Part shown: in pieces, positions 59,433 to 64,000 of the stretch
Numbering within the stretch: position 1 is the first letter of the stretch
Layout of the letters: each line of letters begins with the position of its first letter
Source of the DNA: Promethearchaeota archaeon
Lineage (GTDB): Archaea; Asgardarchaeota; Lokiarchaeia; Sigyniarchaeales; SOKP01
Assembly: GCA_016840085.1 (NCBI GenBank)
Contig: JAEOTA010000088.1
Span: 32,001-96,000, forward strand
Length of the DNA: 64,000 bases
Direction: 5' to 3'
Notes under the pieces: generated by a model
What the model saw: the letters and a program-made list of their open reading frames with translations, nothing else
Databases searched by the model: none
What the model was told of the DNA's origin: nothing
Made by a program: the position numbers and the translations under genes

Positions 59433-60902
59433 TCAATCTTCATCTGGACCCCAGGCTTCTTCTATTTCTTCTGGCGTCATACCATTAAACCAAGTCATAA
59501 AATCTCGTTTAAAATTAGAAGGATAATAAGGCTTTTTGAAAATAAAAGTATATATATTTTTAAGTCTCATACCTTTTTTCCTCATCTTTATAGTTATATC
59601 TCTTCGATGTTTAAATAAGATCTCATTTCTTCCACCAAAATTATGTTTATACACGCTTACTATTGTATTAAAAGGTAATCCACTAATCTTTGCAATTTCA
59701 TAATTTGGAACTTCCTTGGTTACCCATTCCTCCCATTGGGATTTAGATATCCCACAGTATTTCTCTTCAAGATTTTCAAGTATATTTCTTATTTTATTAA
59801 TATCTAATATCTTTAATTTGAGCCAAAATTTAAAATCTAAATTCTCTTCTTTTTTCCACCATTTAAAAAGCCACCCCTCCTTAGAATGAGGAGATGAAAA
59901 AGTATTATAAATTTTTTTATATGAAAATCCTTCATAAACTAATGCTTCAACTACTGGTTTTAAAAATAATTTTTGAGCCTTTACCCAATCTTTAAATTCC
60001 TCAATGATTCTTCTACGTAATGTGTTCTCTGCAATATTCTCATTCATAAAATCATTCTTATATAATTTATTTAAAATTTTCCAAATTTTCTTCTGAGTAT
60101 ATCCTAATGCAATCATGCCAACTATGTCATAAAATGGAAGAGGGATATAGGGGAGTCCCCCTTGACCTCCTCCAAGCTCATTAAGTTCTAAGGTGGTATC
60201 ATATTTGTGTATGAGTTTAATCTCTTGCTTTATTGCTGTCTCTAATTTTTTATGACATACCAAATCTACTACATCAAAATAATTTTCTTCAATTTTATAT
60301 GATAATTTTTCCAACATTCTACTCTGGGAATATACATCCTCAATTTGGAGAAAATCATAAATTTCATTAATTATATAACCCATATCTTCTAGTGCCAAAA
60401 TAATTGACCTGTTAAGTTTTGTTGGTATTTCACGTCGATATCCCCTTTGATAATCAATAAATTGTTCAATAGCTTCTTGAATATGAGTCTTAAATCTAAT
60501 TTTTTCAGTTGAGTGTGTATAACCAAAATATTTCTTCTTTTTGAACCAATTATTAGGAAAACTATTTTTACACTTAATCAAATATACCATAGCTTCATAA
60601 TTTCTGTATCTTTTTACGAATCCATAAAATTTATCCTTAACAGTTATATAATCTTTACCTTCATAAATATCAACTAACTCTTGTTGAATAGTTAATCGTT
60701 TTTGCACTGCTCTGTATAAAGGAAGTTTACCCGATCTAATACAATATTCTAACACTATATCAGCATATTCTAATATCTTTAAATAAATGGTTTCATCCTT
60801 ACTTTCCTTTAAAATCTTATCTCGCATATAATTATAACCATTTAAACTCACATCATGTCTAGTTATTAGAATTCCATTTTTTTCTTTTGGTTTTTGAACC
60901 AC
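59433..60902 (-). CDS. GIY-YIG-like endonuclease with C-terminal HTH-like repeats
   Basis: VYLI...KYFGYT....RF..H, later E..LI..Y....N...GG.GG; C-terminal EIAKISG....I segments. Confidence 0.6.
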   Translation of the reverse strand: MVQKPKEKNGILITRHDVSLNGYNYMRDKILKESKDETIYLKILEYADIVLEYCIRSGKLPLYRAVQKRLTIQQELVDIYEGKDYITVKDKFYGFVKRYRNYEAMVYLIKCKNSFPNNWFKKKKYFGYTHSTEKIRFKTHIQEAIEQFIDYQRGYRREIPTKLNRSIILALEDMGYIINEIYDFLQIEDVYSQSRMLEKLSYKIEENYFDVVDLVCHKKLETAIKQEIKLIHKYDTTLELNELGGGQGGLPYIPLPFYDIVGMIALGYTQKKIWKILNKLYKNDFMNENIAENTLRRRIIEEFKDWVKAQKLFLKPVVEALVYEGFSYKKIYNTFSSPHSKEGWLFKWWKKEENLDFKFWLKLKILDINKIRNILENLEEKYCGISKSQWEEWVTKEVPNYEIAKISGLPFNTIVSVYKHNFGGRNEILFKHRRDITIKMRKKGMRLKNIYTFIFKKPYYPSNFKRDFMTWFNGMTPEEIEEAWGPDED

Positions 60903-61358
60903 TAAAACACCGTTTTTATTTTGATTTTTATAATAAAAGGCTTTTTCTGACTATGATTCAAGAAATGACAATCACAAAGAGACCCTATCCTTACTTTTAT
61001 AATAGAATTTCTATCTATCTTTTTTAACCACATTATTAATTTTTTTATTATGAATGATGATTATTTTTACTTGCAAAATAAAAGTCCTTTTTAATAATTT
61101 ATTTAATATAATGATAAATTTCACATATTTAAATCTAGTCAATTTACATCAATTATTCCATCCAACCGATTTTGTCTTTATAAATAACTTAAAAATTTCT
61201 TAAGGAATTTTTCCTTTATAAATATTTCGTAAAATCTATAAATATACATACCTCATAAATACCTTATACGAGTATAAAGTATCAATCTAAAATAGCTTTT
61301 AGTAATATAAGATTTTTATTCCAAGATTAAAAATAATACTTTCTCGTACACGTTAATT

Positions 61359-62189
61359 TCATATTTCAAAATTTTTCATAAAATTTTCTAATGAAATAAA
61401 ACTAATCTTGTCATAATGATTTTCCAAAACTAGTTGTTTCCAATTGATACTATCTAAAATTACTGCCAAATCTGTGATATCGGAAATTGCCGGATCCATA
61501 TCCATATATTCGTTGTCTAAATTTTTTACAATTATTTTTTTGAATATGTCATTGATGATATATAAAAAATCTAAAAATGTACTAACTTCGAATTCTTTAA
61601 AAACTGAATTTAATTTATCCCATTGGTCATAAATATAAAAAACCTGTGAAGTTAATAAACATGCTTTTATTAAACCAAAAATCCCATATCCTGCTCTAAA
61701 TGTCGTTTGGAATGAATGGAAATTAAGTTTAATATGTTCTTCTGGAATTGACTTGTCAATTTTTTCATGAACTAAATAATTTGCTATAAAATCAAAAAAA
61801 ATCTCATTTAAATTAACTTTGAAATACTGATTATTGATTCTACATTTAACATATTCATCAAACGGTAATATATAAGAATGTAATTTATTGAATGTCTCAC
61901 ATGAAATTGAATGCCCATATTCATGACGGGCAACCTGAATAAAATAATTTCTGTATGATTCGGGATTATCTTTAAATATTTCCCTATGTGCGGGATTTGA
62001 TAAGTAATAATCGATGGGAATGATTTTAAAACTAATATTGATATGTTGTTGAGACCAATTACAATCCACTAATCCTTTATCATTTATCTTGTCTAATGAA
62101 TAATTCAATTGACGCTTATCCTCAAATCTTTGCATTAATGATTCAAATTCCTTTTTAAAATATTCAATGATATCGTCTTGATTAACCAT
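61359..62189 (-). CDS. HExxH (zincin-like) protein
   Basis: RHEYGH followed by E...D..AN. Confidence 0.6.
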   Translation of the reverse strand: MVNQDDIIEYFKKEFESLMQRFEDKRQLNYSLDKINDKGLVDCNWSQQHINISFKIIPIDYYLSNPAHREIFKDNPESYRNYFIQVARHEYGHSISCETFNKLHSYILPFDEYVKCRINNQYFKVNLNEIFFDFIANYLVHEKIDKSIPEEHIKLNFHSFQTTFRAGYGIFGLIKACLLTSQVFYIYDQWDKLNSVFKEFEVSTFLDFLYIINDIFKKIIVKNLDNEYMDMDPAISDITDLAVILDSINWKQLVLENHYDKISFISLENFMKNFEI

Positions 62190-63111
62190 GTATAATTCTA
62201 AACCTGTTTAGGTCTTTTAAATCCTTATATTCTTTAACATATTTCCGTGCGAATTTAAAATCATTTGTTCTCGTAAAAACGGTTCTATGTGCCATTGCGA
62301 TGATTTGCGTGTTAATAAAATCCAATTCACGTTGAATTACCCTTTTTGACATTCCAAAATGTCTATATTCTGATATTTCCTTATCATAAAAAACCAAACA
62401 TAATCTCGGTGTTAAAGGAAAAAAAATTTCCACACCCTTCGCTGTGTATATTTGTCTACCAAAACCTCTAATTTTCAATTCTTTATTTTCAGGGGGTATA
62501 TATACGCGCACGGGATGGTCAGATGTGTAAAACTCTCTTTTTAAATCGTTTTTTAATAATACGGAACCTAACTCTGCCATCTCGAATATTGTTTCAATCG
62601 GATAATGAATGGTACCATCTTCCATTTCCACGGGATTAATCATGACATTTAATTGCCCTCTCGCCGCACCTCCTTCTAATAATTTCTTTTTATATTCTTC
62701 GGAAAAGTTTTCAAATGGAGGAAATCCTTGTTCTTCTTCAAAATTCTTGTAAACCAACTCATATATTTGGGCATTGCGGGTACGGGCGCTACGGGTACGT
62801 TCATTCTGTATAATTATATAATGGTACATAATGTATTTATCATATAATGTTAAGTGTTTGATTGATTGGTCTTTTATGATTCTATGATATACCGTGGCGT
62901 GTAATCCTTCCAAATGCGAAAAGTAATTCTCAAACTCGGGTGGATCATCATTGTCATAAAAATATCTTTCCATTGCTACTTGTGTGATGTTTGAATTATA
63001 CGATTTATCCAATTCCTTGTTATAACATTGAATTGAATATTCCCCCGACGCTTTTTGTATAGCGAAATTTTTCAAATAAAATTTCGGTACATAATGCTGC
63101 TTTTTTTTCAT
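62182..63111 (-). CDS. DUF4238 domain protein
   Basis: QHYVPKFYLKNF, Q..RT...R, FYTSDHPV, FPLTP.L.L. Confidence 0.85.
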   Translation of the reverse strand: MKKKQHYVPKFYLKNFAIQKASGEYSIQCYNKELDKSYNSNITQVAMERYFYDNDDPPEFENYFSHLEGLHATVYHRIIKDQSIKHLTLYDKYIMYHYIIIQNERTRSARTRNAQIYELVYKNFEEEQGFPPFENFSEEYKKKLLEGGAARGQLNVMINPVEMEDGTIHYPIETIFEMAELGSVLLKNDLKREFYTSDHPVRVYIPPENKELKIRGFGRQIYTAKGVEIFFPLTPRLCLVFYDKEISEYRHFGMSKRVIQRELDFINTQIIAMAHRTVFTRTNDFKFARKYVKEYKDLKDLNRFRIIHG

Positions 63112-63117
63112 ATTATT

Positions 63118-63798
63118 TCATTCATCTTGGTTGCTCAAAAATTGTCTTACAAATTCAAAATCATTCGTTTTTGAAAAAATGAAATCTTTAGCTACCTGAA
63201 TCATGGCTTTGTTAGCTTCATTAACAAACCATTTGCTTGCTTGTATTTTTTGACTTGGATACAATTGCATCCAATCTTCGCTATTGTTCATTATTAAAAA
63301 TAGATCTGGTGCTAATGGCATTGCAACTTTAATGCCTTTTTCATTTGATTTATCGAATTGTGAAATGGGATGGTCGCTCGTGTAAAATATCTTTTCTGTG
63401 TTGTTTTTCAAAATATAATAATTGAAATTCATTAATTGTTCCATCGTTAATTCCCGTGCTCTGCGGGTGCGTGCATGGGTAAGATAAACGAATTCCATGA
63501 TTTTTCTTTTCTCTGGTTCCATTAATGCATACATGGGGATTTCTTCAATAAATCTATAAATGGTGGAATGATAACCATCTATAATGCTCAATGCATCTTC
63601 AAAAATGTTATGCCTGTCGTAAAACCAATTTTCCTTGCAAATATTATTGATATTTGACTCAAATACATCCCCTGTCTTTTTATTATAACACCATACATAA
63701 TGCTCCCCGTTTCTTTCTATTGAAAATTGTTTTAAATAAAACCTAGGTATATAATGTTGACCTTTCCTTTTTTGTCGGCTATTTCCTATTGGATGCAT
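63118..63798 (-). CDS. DUF4238 domain protein, shorter paralog
   Basis: QHYIPRFYLKQF, ART..AR, FYTSDHPI, PLAPDL. Confidence 0.85.
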   Translation of the reverse strand: MHPIGNSRQKRKGQHYIPRFYLKQFSIERNGEHYVWCYNKKTGDVFESNINNICKENWFYDRHNIFEDALSIIDGYHSTIYRFIEEIPMYALMEPEKRKIMEFVYLTHARTRRARELTMEQLMNFNYYILKNNTEKIFYTSDHPISQFDKSNEKGIKVAMPLAPDLFLIMNNSEDWMQLYPSQKIQASKWFVNEANKAMIQVAKDFIFSKTNDFEFVRQFLSNQDE

Positions 63799-63956
63799 GT
63801 AATAATACCGTTTTAATCCATAATGTTTACTTCATTATTACACACCCATATTCGTTTCAACCTATTATATTTTACTATTAATCCGGGGATGAGTTTTCAT
63901 TCTCATTAAATGATGGTTGATTTTAATTCGAATTAGACTTCAATTAGTAATTTTAT

Positions 63957-64000
63957 AATGGCTCTTGAAAACCTAGGGATTGATTTCTCTGAATTAAAGG
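63957..64000 (+). repeat. Second copy of V4R-gene codons (MALENLGIDFSELK), probably the displaced 3' end; cut by the window end
   Basis: 38/44 nt identical to 59055-59098; all six differences are synonymous. Confidence 0.85.

Larger units (their letters stand above)
59055..63971. mobile_element. Putative ~4.9 kb integrated island in the V4R gene, bounded by a 15-bp direct repeat
   Basis: aatggctcttgaaaa at 59055-59069 and 63957-63971, with homology continuing to the window end; accessory cargo; no integrase visible. Confidence 0.65.

Noticed and set aside
11285-59618. Many short ORFs antisense to or nested in long genes (e.g. 11285, 17598, 20541, 34056, 46931, 51403, 59391..59618)
   Set aside because: They overlap well-supported genes, have Ser/Phe/Ile-rich shadow composition, and show no motifs.

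Overview
Very AT-rich archaeal DNA. The gene content points to an Asgard archaeon, probably Lokiarchaeia (inferred from a Rab-like GTPase, longin-like and V4R/TRAPP-like proteins, GINS/MCM, topoisomerase VI and a BHB-intron tRNA; not tested by phylogeny). Core genes: valS (truncated by the window start), coaBC, top6B/top6A, pyrE, GINS, mcm, an HDAC, cofD and a cofE-nitroreductase fusion, lipS1-lplA-lipS2, leuS, tpiA, hdrC and thioredoxin. There are two MoxR-type AAA+ operons: AAA-VWA-SWIM, and pseudo-transglutaminase/DUF4129/DUF4350/MoxR/DUF58. Features missed by the ORF track: (i) tRNA-Ala(CGC) with two BHB introns, whose 3' end is repeated 825 bp away around a single cargo gene; (ii) a decayed R-M-like islet with an in-frame stop; (iii) a solo TnpB element with a rearranged RuvC site, whose predicted guide matches 18/18 nt a site 190 bp downstream in the likely promoter of the adjacent AAA-VWA-SWIM operon; (iv) a ~4.9 kb integrase-less island (GIY-YIG nuclease, HExxH protein, two DUF4238) inside a V4R gene, bounded by two synonymously recoded copies of the same codons. 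No CRISPR array or rRNA was seen.
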